Source of the DNA: Puniceicoccaceae bacterium
Lineage (GTDB): Bacteria; Verrucomicrobiota; Verrucomicrobiia; Opitutales; Oceanipulchritudinaceae
Direction: 5' to 3'
Assembly: GCA_040830765.1 (NCBI GenBank)
Contig: JBFOMH010000032.1
Span: 9,827 to 73,826, forward strand
Length of the DNA: 64,000 nucleotides
Part shown: positions 55,565-64,000 of the stretch, piece by piece
Numbering within the stretch: the first letter of the stretch is position 1
Layout of the letters: the number at the start of each line of letters is the position of its first letter
Translations under genes and position numbers: made by a program
Notes under the pieces: generated by a model
What the model was told of the DNA's origin: nothing
The model's input: only the letters and a program-made list of their open reading frames with translations
The model's database searches: none

Positions 55565-58500
55565 ATGACAACTTCCTGGCAGTCCGGATTGTCCAGAGGG
55601 AGGCAGGTAGCAGTATTTATTCTTGGCCTGCTCCTGAGTCCGCTCAACCTGGTGGCAACTGGACCGGACTGGCTGCCGGAGGACTTTCCCGAACCGCCTG
55701 AAGAAGGCCCCTGGCTTTGCCAAGGGAGATACCTGACCCCGGAACAGGGGAAGGCGACCCTTGATGCGTTCCTGCGCCAGTGCGCTTCAAGGAAAGAGTG
55801 GGAAGCCTACTCCAGACAGGCCCGGGCCCATATCCTGCAAGCGCTCGATTTGGATCCGTTGCCTGACCGCACGCCGCTCACTCCCGTCATCACCAGCAAG
55901 AGGACCTACGATGGCTACACTGTTGAGAATGTGCGCTTCCAATCCATCCCCGGGTACTGGATTACCGGCAACCTCTACCGGCCGCTTGGCGAAGGCCCAT
56001 TTGCTGCAGTCCTGCATACCCATGGACACTCTTCCTCCGTCAAGGGACTTGAAAGCTGGATCCGGCACGGCCGTTTCAAGGAAGATGTGCAATTACGGGC
56101 TGCTGCCCTGGCCCGCATGGGGGCCGTATCCTTGACCATCGACATGGTTGGCTACGGTGATTCCGGCCAGATTCTTATCGAAGATGTGCACCATACCCCC
56201 CTTGCCCTGACCTTGCATGTTTGGAACGCAATGCGGGCTGTTGATTTCCTTAGCGGACTGGATGGTGTGGATCCGGACAGGATTGGTGTGACCGGTCACT
56301 CCGGCGGGGGGACCCAAGCCTTCCTGCTCACCGCCCTCGACAAACGTATCAAGGTGTCCGTTCCGGTGGCCATGGTTTCCTCATGGTTCTTTGGCGGATG
56401 CGACTGCGAAAGCGGATTGCCCATACATGCCGGGGACGAGCATTTTGCCAACAATGCGATGATTGCGGCCATGGCCGCTCCCCGGCCGATGATGGTTGTT
56501 TCGGATGGTGGGGATTGGACGGCCCATACTCCCGAGATTGAATTCCCCTTTATAAAGCAGATTTATGACTATCATGGTGCTGCTGGACAGCTTGGGCATG
56601 TGCATCTAGCTGAAGAAGGTCACGACTACGGCCAGTCCAAGCGTCTTGCCATTTATCCCTTCATGGCGAAGCACCTGGGTCTGTCGATGGATGCAATCAG
56701 TGATGCAAACGGCGAAATCGATGAGTCGGTTCTGATGATTGAGGATCCCATCGTGATGCGCAACTTTCCCGGTGGCTGGGATATTCCCCATGGCAGCTTG
56801 CGGACGGAAGTGGATATCCGTTCGGCATGGGAAAGATTGACGCATGGAGATTCCGCCGAACTGCAGGCACTTCAACCTTACGAGTTGCGATGCGATGGAA
56901 TGGTCAACCCGGTGGGTGTGGATTTAGAGACAGTCTCCTTGTCATGGAAGCTCAGGGCGGGCTACCGTGGTGCGTCCCAGACAGCTTACCAGGTCCAACT
57001 GGCGGACAGCGAGGAAGCTTACGACGCAGGGACAGTGTTCCTGGACAGCGGCAAGGTGGAAGGGAACCAGCAAATTGGTATCCAGCAGTCCCTTGCCGGA
57101 ATCGGAGATAGCCAGAAAGTTTATTGGCGTGTCCGCGTCTGGGACGAACAGGGCAGGGTTTCCCAATGGAGCCCGATTGCTCAACTCACGACCGGTCTTT
57201 CTGACTGGTCGGCCGAGTGGATGGCGCATCCCGACTGGCTCCAGTTCAACCGTCCACACCTGGGATACCGTTCCCTGCCGTCTGATTCCACTGAAGTAGA
57301 AAAGTGGATACAATTGGATCTGGGTAAGTTGTTTTCGATCGACGAGGTAATCCTGCGCGGCCTGCGGCATACCGTCGCCGAGCGCCTTGGTTTTCCCCAG
57401 TCGTTCAGGGTGGATCTGGCAACAAAGCCGGACCTCAGTGATGCGCTCCCCATCGTCGACTACACCAGGGAACCATACTCAAACACTTGGAAAGCCAGCC
57501 ACCGGATTCCCGCTAACGGACACTTGGCACGCTATGTCAGGGTGACGGCCAACCGCTTGCGGGAGTTGAACGGGGAAATCTGTCTGGCCTTCAGCCAGAT
57601 CGAGGTTCACGCAAATGGAGCCAATGTCGCCGTGGGGGCAACGGTCACAGCATCGGATTCCCTTGAGGATGACACTTGGAGCACCAGTGCCGTTGTTGAC
57701 GGAAAGGGCGTACCAGGGAGCAATCCGATGGAAAACAGGACCTGCGTACTGCGCCGGGAATTCAATCTCGAGAAAACACCGGAGCAGGCCTTGCTGCATG
57801 TGAGTGGACTGGGACAGTACGTCTTGTACATCAACGGACAAAGGGTCGGGGAGGACAAGCTCTCACCGGGCTGGACTAACTCCGGGAAGACAGTCCTCTT
57901 TGATTCAATTGATGTCAGGCCGTACCTGAGGAAAGGGGCCAATGCCGTCGGCATCGCGCTGGCAGGAGGCATGTACAGCGTGCCCGATCCGGACGGACGA
58001 TACACGAAATTCATTGGCCGGTTCCGTCCATTGCAGGCCATTCTCCAGATGGACATGGACTTTGAAGATGGGACCCGGCAATCGCTGGTTTCAGACCGGA
58101 AGTGGAAAAGTCATTACGGACTGACAACCTACAGCCACGTCTATGGAGGTGAGGATTACGACGCCCGCAAACTGGATCCTGGGTGGACCCTGGCAGGCTA
58201 CGATGATTCCTCATGGCCATCCGCAGCAACGGTGGATGGTCCGGGAGGTACCCTCAAGGGGACATCACATGGGGCTCCGCCCATACGGACAACACAGGTC
58301 CTGCTGCCGGTGGCGGAAACCGTCCTCAATGACAAGACATCTGTTTATGACTTTGGCCAAAATGCCTCCTTGATGGCAAGGATTCGGGTATCCGGGCCGC
58401 GGGGCTCGGGGATTCGTATCTCTCCGGCTGAGTTGCAGGGAGAAGATGGCAGCATCGACCGTGCCTCCGGCGCCCCGGGCAATCGTCCGGCATGGTGGCA

Positions 58501-60007
58501 CTACACCCTTGCCGGCGAAGGGGAGGAGACTTGGGAAGCCGAGTACTTTTATCATGGCGCCCGGTACTTTGAGGTCGAGCGCTTCTCGGCGGAGGATGGG
58601 GAAGAACTTCCGGAACTGGTAGCGGTTTATGGATTAGTCACGCATGCGACGGCAGAGCCTGCGGGGCAGTTGCGGACCTCAAGTTCCCTGTGGAACCAAA
58701 CACGTGACCTCATCCGCTGGGCGCAGCGCAGCAACATGATGAGCGTTCTCACCGATTGCCCACACCGGGAGCGACTTGGCTGGCTGGAACAATATCACCT
58801 TAACGGGCCGTCGCTTCGTTACGAGTTTGATGTCAGCAACCTCTACCGGAAAACCTTTCAGGACATGGTGGATGCCCAGACTGTCGACGGATTGGTGCCG
58901 AATATTGCTCCCGAATTTATTGTCTTTCCGGAAGCTTTCCGGGATTCGCCGGAGTGGGGCAGCGCGCTTATCCTTGCGGCATGGCAACAATACGAGTTTT
59001 CCGGAGATAAGGAAACGCTCTCTGTCTTATATCCGGCCATGCAGAGGTACTTCTCCTACCTTGAATCAGCTTCCGACGAAAACCTCCTCAACCATGGTCT
59101 CGGGGACTGGTATGACCTTGGCCCGGAACGACCGGGATTCTCCCAGTTAACTCCGGTCGGCTTAACAGCCAGCGCAACCTATTATCAGGTGGCAAGCCGG
59201 CTTGCCGACATTGCTTCGGTCATTGGAAAGCATGAAAACTCCCGGTTCTACACCGACAAAGCGGATCGTATAAGCGAGGCATTCAACGGGCTCTATTTGA
59301 ACGCGGACGCCGCAACCTACGCTACAAATAGTCAAACAGCGAACGCCATGCCTCTCGCATTGGGCATGGTCCCGCAGGGAGACACAGAGAGGGTGATGGA
59401 TGCCCTGGTATCGGGCATCCGAAGCGGAGGGAATGCCTTGACCTCGGGGGATGTCGGGCACCGCTACCTGTTGCGGGCACTGGCGGATGGAGATCGGTCC
59501 GATGTCGTCTATGACCTGCATCACCAAACGGATAGGCCCGGTTATGGATACCAGTTGCAGAAAGGGGCCACTTCCCTGACCGAGGCATGGGATGCCGGTG
59601 AAAACGCTTCCCAGAATCACTTCATGCTGGGTCACATCACGGAATGGTTTTATCGCGATCTTGCCGGCATCGGACCACTTGCCGGTGAGCCAGGCTACTC
59701 GGTAATCCTGATTAGGCCGCAACCGGTCGGCGACCTGACATTTGCGGAAGCCCGGTACGAGTCGGTCCGTGGTCCGGTGGCAGTCTGCTGGGACAAGGGC
59801 GCAGGCTTGTTCCGTCTGGAGGTGACCCTGCCGGCCAACACCCGGGGCATTGTTCACCTGCCGGTCGGGAAGGATGATCTCGTTCTTGAATCCGGGATAC
59901 CCATCGACCGTCAGAAAGCACGAATGGAAAAGCTCCGCGATGATTTTGCCCTTATCGTTCCCATTGAGTCGGGCAGTTACGTTTTTGAAGTGGAAAAGAA
60001 AAAATGA
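55565..60007 (+). CDS. Fusion: CE19-like (BT1017-like) alpha/beta-hydrolase esterase + GH78 with an inserted discoidin-like domain
   Basis: N-terminal ~430 aa: GHSGGGTQ nucleophile elbow, GGCDCESG, SDGGDWT, HDYG. Insert: WIQLDLG, GFP, ARYVRV. GH78: TDCPHRERLGWLE, GATSLTEAW, QNHFMLG. Confidence 0.85.
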   Translation: MTTSWQSGLSRGRQVAVFILGLLLSPLNLVATGPDWLPEDFPEPPEEGPWLCQGRYLTPEQGKATLDAFLRQCASRKEWEAYSRQARAHILQALDLDPLPDRTPLTPVITSKRTYDGYTVENVRFQSIPGYWITGNLYRPLGEGPFAAVLHTHGHSSSVKGLESWIRHGRFKEDVQLRAAALARMGAVSLTIDMVGYGDSGQILIEDVHHTPLALTLHVWNAMRAVDFLSGLDGVDPDRIGVTGHSGGGTQAFLLTALDKRIKVSVPVAMVSSWFFGGCDCESGLPIHAGDEHFANNAMIAAMAAPRPMMVVSDGGDWTAHTPEIEFPFIKQIYDYHGAAGQLGHVHLAEEGHDYGQSKRLAIYPFMAKHLGLSMDAISDANGEIDESVLMIEDPIVMRNFPGGWDIPHGSLRTEVDIRSAWERLTHGDSAELQALQPYELRCDGMVNPVGVDLETVSLSWKLRAGYRGASQTAYQVQLADSEEAYDAGTVFLDSGKVEGNQQIGIQQSLAGIGDSQKVYWRVRVWDEQGRVSQWSPIAQLTTGLSDWSAEWMAHPDWLQFNRPHLGYRSLPSDSTEVEKWIQLDLGKLFSIDEVILRGLRHTVAERLGFPQSFRVDLATKPDLSDALPIVDYTREPYSNTWKASHRIPANGHLARYVRVTANRLRELNGEICLAFSQIEVHANGANVAVGATVTASDSLEDDTWSTSAVVDGKGVPGSNPMENRTCVLRREFNLEKTPEQALLHVSGLGQYVLYINGQRVGEDKLSPGWTNSGKTVLFDSIDVRPYLRKGANAVGIALAGGMYSVPDPDGRYTKFIGRFRPLQAILQMDMDFEDGTRQSLVSDRKWKSHYGLTTYSHVYGGEDYDARKLDPGWTLAGYDDSSWPSAATVDGPGGTLKGTSHGAPPIRTTQVLLPVAETVLNDKTSVYDFGQNASLMARIRVSGPRGSGIRISPAELQGEDGSIDRASGAPGNRPAWWHYTLAGEGEETWEAEYFYHGARYFEVERFSAEDGEELPELVAVYGLVTHATAEPAGQLRTSSSLWNQTRDLIRWAQRSNMMSVLTDCPHRERLGWLEQYHLNGPSLRYEFDVSNLYRKTFQDMVDAQTVDGLVPNIAPEFIVFPEAFRDSPEWGSALILAAWQQYEFSGDKETLSVLYPAMQRYFSYLESASDENLLNHGLGDWYDLGPERPGFSQLTPVGLTASATYYQVASRLADIASVIGKHENSRFYTDKADRISEAFNGLYLNADAATYATNSQTANAMPLALGMVPQGDTERVMDALVSGIRSGGNALTSGDVGHRYLLRALADGDRSDVVYDLHHQTDRPGYGYQLQKGATSLTEAWDAGENASQNHFMLGHITEWFYRDLAGIGPLAGEPGYSVILIRPQPVGDLTFAEARYESVRGPVAVCWDKGAGLFRLEVTLPANTRGIVHLPVGKDDLVLESGIPIDRQKARMEKLRDDFALIVPIESGSYVFEVEKKK

Positions 60008-63000
60008 AGCGAATTATTCAATACACCTTTGTCCTGTGGGGTCTGCTTGGCAATGCCAGCGCTAGCCCTGCCGCAACAACCATCGTGGTCAAGCCAGACG
60101 GCACGGGAGATTATCCCACTCTTGAGGCGGCAGTCTTTTCCGCACCCTATGGCACGGAGGACGAACCGGTGACCATCATCCTGAAGCCGGGTGTCTATGA
60201 GGAGGTGGTCTATGTCCAGCGGGAGCGTCGTTACATGCGGATTATCGGGGAGGACCCGGAAACGACCATCATTCGTTACGGCCTGCACGCCAACATGATG
60301 GGTAACGACGGGGAGAAAATCGGGACCTTCCGGACACCGACCCTTATTGTCGACGCGGACAATTTCACGATGGAGAACATCACTGTCGAAAACACGGCAG
60401 GTCCGGTCGGGCAGGCCCTTGCCCTTCGCGTCGACGGGGACCGGGTCGTCTTCCGCAACTGCGTTTTCTACGGCTGGCAGGATACAATCTTTGTCAACCG
60501 GGGCCGGCACTACTTCAAGGACTGTTCCATCAGCGGGAGCACTGACTTTATTTTCGGTGGAGCGACTGCCTTCTTTGAAGGCTGTGATATTCGCATCCGC
60601 CGTGGTCATTACATAACCGCTGCGGCAACGCCTCCGACCAGTGAATACGGACTGGTTTTTGTCGACTGCGATATCCGGGCGGAAACGGATGATGCCTCCA
60701 CCTACCTGGGGCGTCCCTGGCGGGACAATGCGGCGACTATTTTCGCCAATTGCCGGATGTCCGATGTCGTCAAGCCGGAAGGCTGGCACAATTGGGGCAA
60801 GCCGGAAAGGGAAAGGACAACGCGGTACTTTGAATATGGCAATTCAGGCCCGGGGGCCTCGATGGATGGCCGGGTCGACTGGGTGGGTTCCCTGGATGCG
60901 ACCACTGCCGGGCACCTGCGTCCGGAAATTGTTCTTGCGGGCGAGGATGGTTGGGATCCCAACAAGGGCTGGTTTGTCCCATTGACCTCGAGCAGCCTGT
61001 GGTATGAACAACCGGCCCAAGTGTGGACAGAGGCCCTTCCGGTCGGAAATGGCGGATTCGGGGCCATGATCTTCGGCAATCCCTCCCAAGAGCGCCTGCA
61101 ATTCAATCTCGATACAATCTGGGGCGGTACCATTCATTCCTATCACCGCCCGGGCGCATGGAAGCACCTTGAGCGCATTCGCCAATTGCTTCTGGCTGGA
61201 AAGCAGGATGAGGCGGAACAGCTGGCGATGGAGCGGTTCATGAGCATTCCCTTGCGGCAGATGAAGTACAAGCCGTTCGGTGATATCTACATCAAGCATC
61301 CCGGGCATGATGAGGCGGTATCCTACAAGCGCGAGTTGGACCTCTCGACTGGTGTCGCGACTGTCCGATACAAAGTCGGGGAAACTGTCTTTCTGCGGGA
61401 GACCTTTGCCAGTCATCCAGATAACCTGATTGTCCATCGAATCCATGCGGAAGGCCCGGATCCGGTGAATATTTCCATAAAGCTTGATTCCCCGCATGAG
61501 GCCAGCGGGGTTACCGTCATCGATGGGGAGTCACTTTGGCTGACAGGCGTCGTGCAGTTGCCTGACGGGGTCCGATTTGCTGCTGCAGTAACGGTCCATG
61601 CGGAACAGGGGTCGGTCACTCAATCCGACAATTCCCTGGTTGTTGAAGGAGCCCGGTCTGTAACGATTAAGCTCGCGGGTGCCAGCTCTTACATCAATTT
61701 CCGGGACCTGTCCGCTGATCCTGTCCACAAGGTGCGCGAAATTCTTGGTGAGACTGCTGATCTGGATTTCATGGCCCTGCTGCAACGGCATCTCGATGAC
61801 TATCAGGCGCTCTACAATCGGGTCAGCCTTGAACTGGGAAGCTCTCCCTATGCGGCCTTGCCGACCGATCAGCGACTGGAAAATCCTGACAAGGCAAAGG
61901 ACCACGATTTGGCGGCATTACTGTTCCATTACGGACGTTATCTCCTGATCTCTAGTAGCCGTCCAGGAAGTCAGCCGGCTAATCTGCAAGGCATCTGGAA
62001 CCATGAGATGGAACCGAGCTGGGGAAGTAAATACACCCTGAACATCAATGCCGAAATGAACTATTGGCCCGCCCTTGTGACCGGGCTGGCGGAGTGTGCC
62101 GAGCCCCTCTATGCCATGATAGACGACTTGGTCGTTAGCGGGCGGGAAACGGCCCGGGCCCACTACAACCTGGACGGGTGGGTCGTTCACCACAACACCG
62201 ACCTGTGGCGTGGCACGGCTCCCATAAATCACTCCAACCATGGAATCTGGCCGACCGGGGGCGCCTGGCTCAGTTTGCACCTCTGGGAGCATTACCTCTA
62301 CACCAGGGACAGCCGATTCTTGCGGGAACGCGCTTACCCGGTGATGCGTGAGTGTGCCCGCTTTTTTGAAGGATTCCTGATCGAAGATCCCGAAACTGGC
62401 TGGCTGATCAGCGGGCCCTCAAATTCCCCTGAAAACGGAGGCTTGGTCATGGGCCCGACAATGGACCATCAATTGATCCGGCAATTGTTTGAGGCGACGG
62501 TAGAGGCGGCGGGAATTCTTGGATTGGATAATTCGGATACCGGGCAACTGGAGGAACTGATGGAGCGGATTGCCCCGAACCAGATTGGCCGGCATGGTCA
62601 GCTCCAGGAATGGCTCCGGGATATCGATGATCCCAACAACACCCATCGCCATGTCTCGCATCTCTGGGGAGTCTTTCCCGGAAGCGACATTACCTGGACG
62701 GAACCGGACATGATGGAGGCAGCCAGGCAGTCCCTCCTCTTCCGGGGGGATGGTGGGACCGGATGGGCCCTGGCGTGGAAAATCGCCCTCTGGGCGCGGT
62801 TCCTTGATGGCGACCATGCCCATCATATGATTCAACAACAGCTGAATCTTGTCCGCGAACGGCCAGACGGAAGCCATTCCGGGCCCGGCGGGGTTTATCC
62901 GAACCTTTTCGATGCCCATCCGCCATTCCAGATTGATGGCAATTTCGGGGCTACTGCCGGCATTGCGGAAATGCTCCTCCAGAGCCACGGGGATGAAATT

Positions 63001-63216
63001 GTTGTCCTGCCGTCCTTGCCCGCAGCCTGGCCGGATGGATCGGTCAGTGGCCTGAGGGCCCGGGGTGGCTTCGAAATGGCTTTCTCCTGGCAGGACGGAA
63101 AACTGGTCGACCTCAGTATATCCGCTGCCAAGGGCGGTACTGCCCGGTTGCGCTATGGCGACCATTCTGAGACAATCAGCCTCGCTGCTGGTGAAACCCG
63201 CAACTGGAATCCTTGA
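60004..63216 (+). CDS. Fusion: CE8 pectin methylesterase + GH95 alpha-L-fucosidase/galactosidase
   Basis: CE8: GVYEE, QALAL, QDTIF, DFIFG, LGRPW. GH95: EALPVGNG, YGRYLLISSSR, PANLQGIWN, HRHVSHL, HPPFQIDGNFG. Confidence 0.92.
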   Translation: MKRIIQYTFVLWGLLGNASASPAATTIVVKPDGTGDYPTLEAAVFSAPYGTEDEPVTIILKPGVYEEVVYVQRERRYMRIIGEDPETTIIRYGLHANMMGNDGEKIGTFRTPTLIVDADNFTMENITVENTAGPVGQALALRVDGDRVVFRNCVFYGWQDTIFVNRGRHYFKDCSISGSTDFIFGGATAFFEGCDIRIRRGHYITAAATPPTSEYGLVFVDCDIRAETDDASTYLGRPWRDNAATIFANCRMSDVVKPEGWHNWGKPERERTTRYFEYGNSGPGASMDGRVDWVGSLDATTAGHLRPEIVLAGEDGWDPNKGWFVPLTSSSLWYEQPAQVWTEALPVGNGGFGAMIFGNPSQERLQFNLDTIWGGTIHSYHRPGAWKHLERIRQLLLAGKQDEAEQLAMERFMSIPLRQMKYKPFGDIYIKHPGHDEAVSYKRELDLSTGVATVRYKVGETVFLRETFASHPDNLIVHRIHAEGPDPVNISIKLDSPHEASGVTVIDGESLWLTGVVQLPDGVRFAAAVTVHAEQGSVTQSDNSLVVEGARSVTIKLAGASSYINFRDLSADPVHKVREILGETADLDFMALLQRHLDDYQALYNRVSLELGSSPYAALPTDQRLENPDKAKDHDLAALLFHYGRYLLISSSRPGSQPANLQGIWNHEMEPSWGSKYTLNINAEMNYWPALVTGLAECAEPLYAMIDDLVVSGRETARAHYNLDGWVVHHNTDLWRGTAPINHSNHGIWPTGGAWLSLHLWEHYLYTRDSRFLRERAYPVMRECARFFEGFLIEDPETGWLISGPSNSPENGGLVMGPTMDHQLIRQLFEATVEAAGILGLDNSDTGQLEELMERIAPNQIGRHGQLQEWLRDIDDPNNTHRHVSHLWGVFPGSDITWTEPDMMEAARQSLLFRGDGGTGWALAWKIALWARFLDGDHAHHMIQQQLNLVRERPDGSHSGPGGVYPNLFDAHPPFQIDGNFGATAGIAEMLLQSHGDEIVVLPSLPAAWPDGSVSGLRARGGFEMAFSWQDGKLVDLSISAAKGGTARLRYGDHSETISLAAGETRNWNP

Positions 63217-63225
63217 ACCTTTCCG

Positions 63226-64000
63226 ATGAAAAATTCCACTACATCTCACAAATCCCTGTTTCTCTTAACCAGCTGTCTCCTGATGGCAGCAGCTACTGTT
63301 ACCGCAGAGAAAGTGGTAGCCGCCGACGAGTTGCCCGGGCCCATTTCCCTGAATGGGGACTGGCAGTTTCAATTGGCTCCCAATGCGGATGCCGCATCCG
63401 CTCTTGGAGGCTTTGCCAGTCCGGATTTCGACGCTTCCGGCTTTGTCGCTATCCCTGTTCCCGCCAACTGGAATATGCTCGGATTCGAGGATCCCCATTA
63501 TGTCAACGGCACTCCTTCGGAGGGATTTTACCGCACCACTTTCACGGCGCCTGAGGACCTCGAGGGAATCCTCACAACCTTACACTTTGGCGGAGTCTGG
63601 GTCTCGGCGGAAGTCTGGCTCAACGGTCAACTCCTTGGCCAGCATGACAGCGGCTTTACGGCCTTTGCTTTTGACCTCACCGACGCCATCAAGGCCGGTG
63701 AGGAAAACCTCCTCGCCGTGCGTGTCCGTCAGCAATTGCCAAACAACCTTTTCAAGTTTGATGCCAATGACGACTGGGGACTGGCTGGCATCTACCGCGA
63801 CGTCTGGATCGATTTCAAGCCGGAGTTCTTCTACATCGGCGGGGTCGGGGTTGGGACCGACTTTTATGCCTCCTTCCCTAATGCGGATCTCCAACTGCGG
63901 GGGTTTACTTTTCGTCATGCTAAAGATGACTACTTTTCTCCATCACCGCCTTTTGTGGGAACGGCACCGCTTTTCGCCAGAGACGGAGGACGTGTTACGG
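63226..64000 (+). CDS. GH2 family glycosidase, N-terminal fragment (runs off the window, absent from the ORF track)
   Basis: Hand translation from ATG 63226: MKNSTTSHKSLFLLTSCLLMAAATVTA, ISLNGDWQF, IPVPANW, LHFGGVWVSAEVWLNG, HDSGFTAFAFDLT, DDWGLAGIYRDV. Confidence 0.85.
   Translation, partial: MKNSTTSHKSLFLLTSCLLMAAATVTAEKVVAADELPGPISLNGDWQFQLAPNADAASALGGFASPDFDASGFVAIPVPANWNMLGFEDPHYVNGTPSEGFYRTTFTAPEDLEGILTTLHFGGVWVSAEVWLNGQLLGQHDSGFTAFAFDLTDAIKAGEENLLAVRVRQQLPNNLFKFDANDDWGLAGIYRDVWIDFKPEFFYIGGVGVGTDFYASFPNADLQLRGFTFRHAKDDYFSPSPPFVGTAPLFARDGGRVT

Noticed and set aside
506..63249. Many long antisense or alternate-frame ORFs (e.g. 9172..10140, 32358..33374, 43487..44482)
   Set aside because: They overlap well-supported genes and carry no motifs, as expected in GC-rich coding DNA.
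63213..63918. ORF-track entries 63213..63554 (+), 63265..63498 (-) and 63580..63918 (-)
   Set aside because: They are shadows of the GH2 reading frame that starts at 63226 and runs off the window.

Overview
A gene-dense window that is almost entirely one pectin / rhamnogalacturonan-II (RG-II) utilisation locus, cut at both ends (C-terminus of a TonB-dependent receptor on the left, N-terminus of a GH2 on the right). No SusD follows the receptor, and the gene style suggests a non-Bacteroidota host, possibly Verrucomicrobiota/Opitutia (inference only). The CAZymes resemble, by recalled motifs, much of the Bacteroides thetaiotaomicron RG-II toolkit: PL1 x3, GH28 x2, GH78 x3, GH127, GH141, GH2 x2, GH143, GH142, GH43, GH33-like, CE19, CE8, GH95, plus DUF3826- and DUF6298-like proteins. 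Domain fusions differ from Bacteroides (PL1-GH142, CE19-GH78, CE8-GH95). The most interesting content is three catabolic modules for rare RG-II sugars. (1) SSS transporter, Fe-ADH, DapA-family aldolase, DUF1537 kinase, PdxA2 and GH143 give a stereochemically consistent candidate route Dha -> pyruvate + D-threuronate -> D-threonate -> DHAP. (2) A RuBisCO-like protein, a DUF1537 kinase, a one-Cys racemase-fold protein and a symporter lie downstream of an aceric-acidase-like GH127 and could form an aceric acid pathway. (3) Isomerase, split transketolase and FGGY kinase resemble the non-oxidative apiose pathway but with an L-fucose-isomerase-family isomerase. A LacI regulator lacking the usual hinge motif and a recurring TTTCA-N(0-2)-TGAAAT site at the promoter regions suggest one regulon. 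All family calls come from motif recognition, not database searches. No rRNA, tRNA, CRISPR array or transposase was seen.
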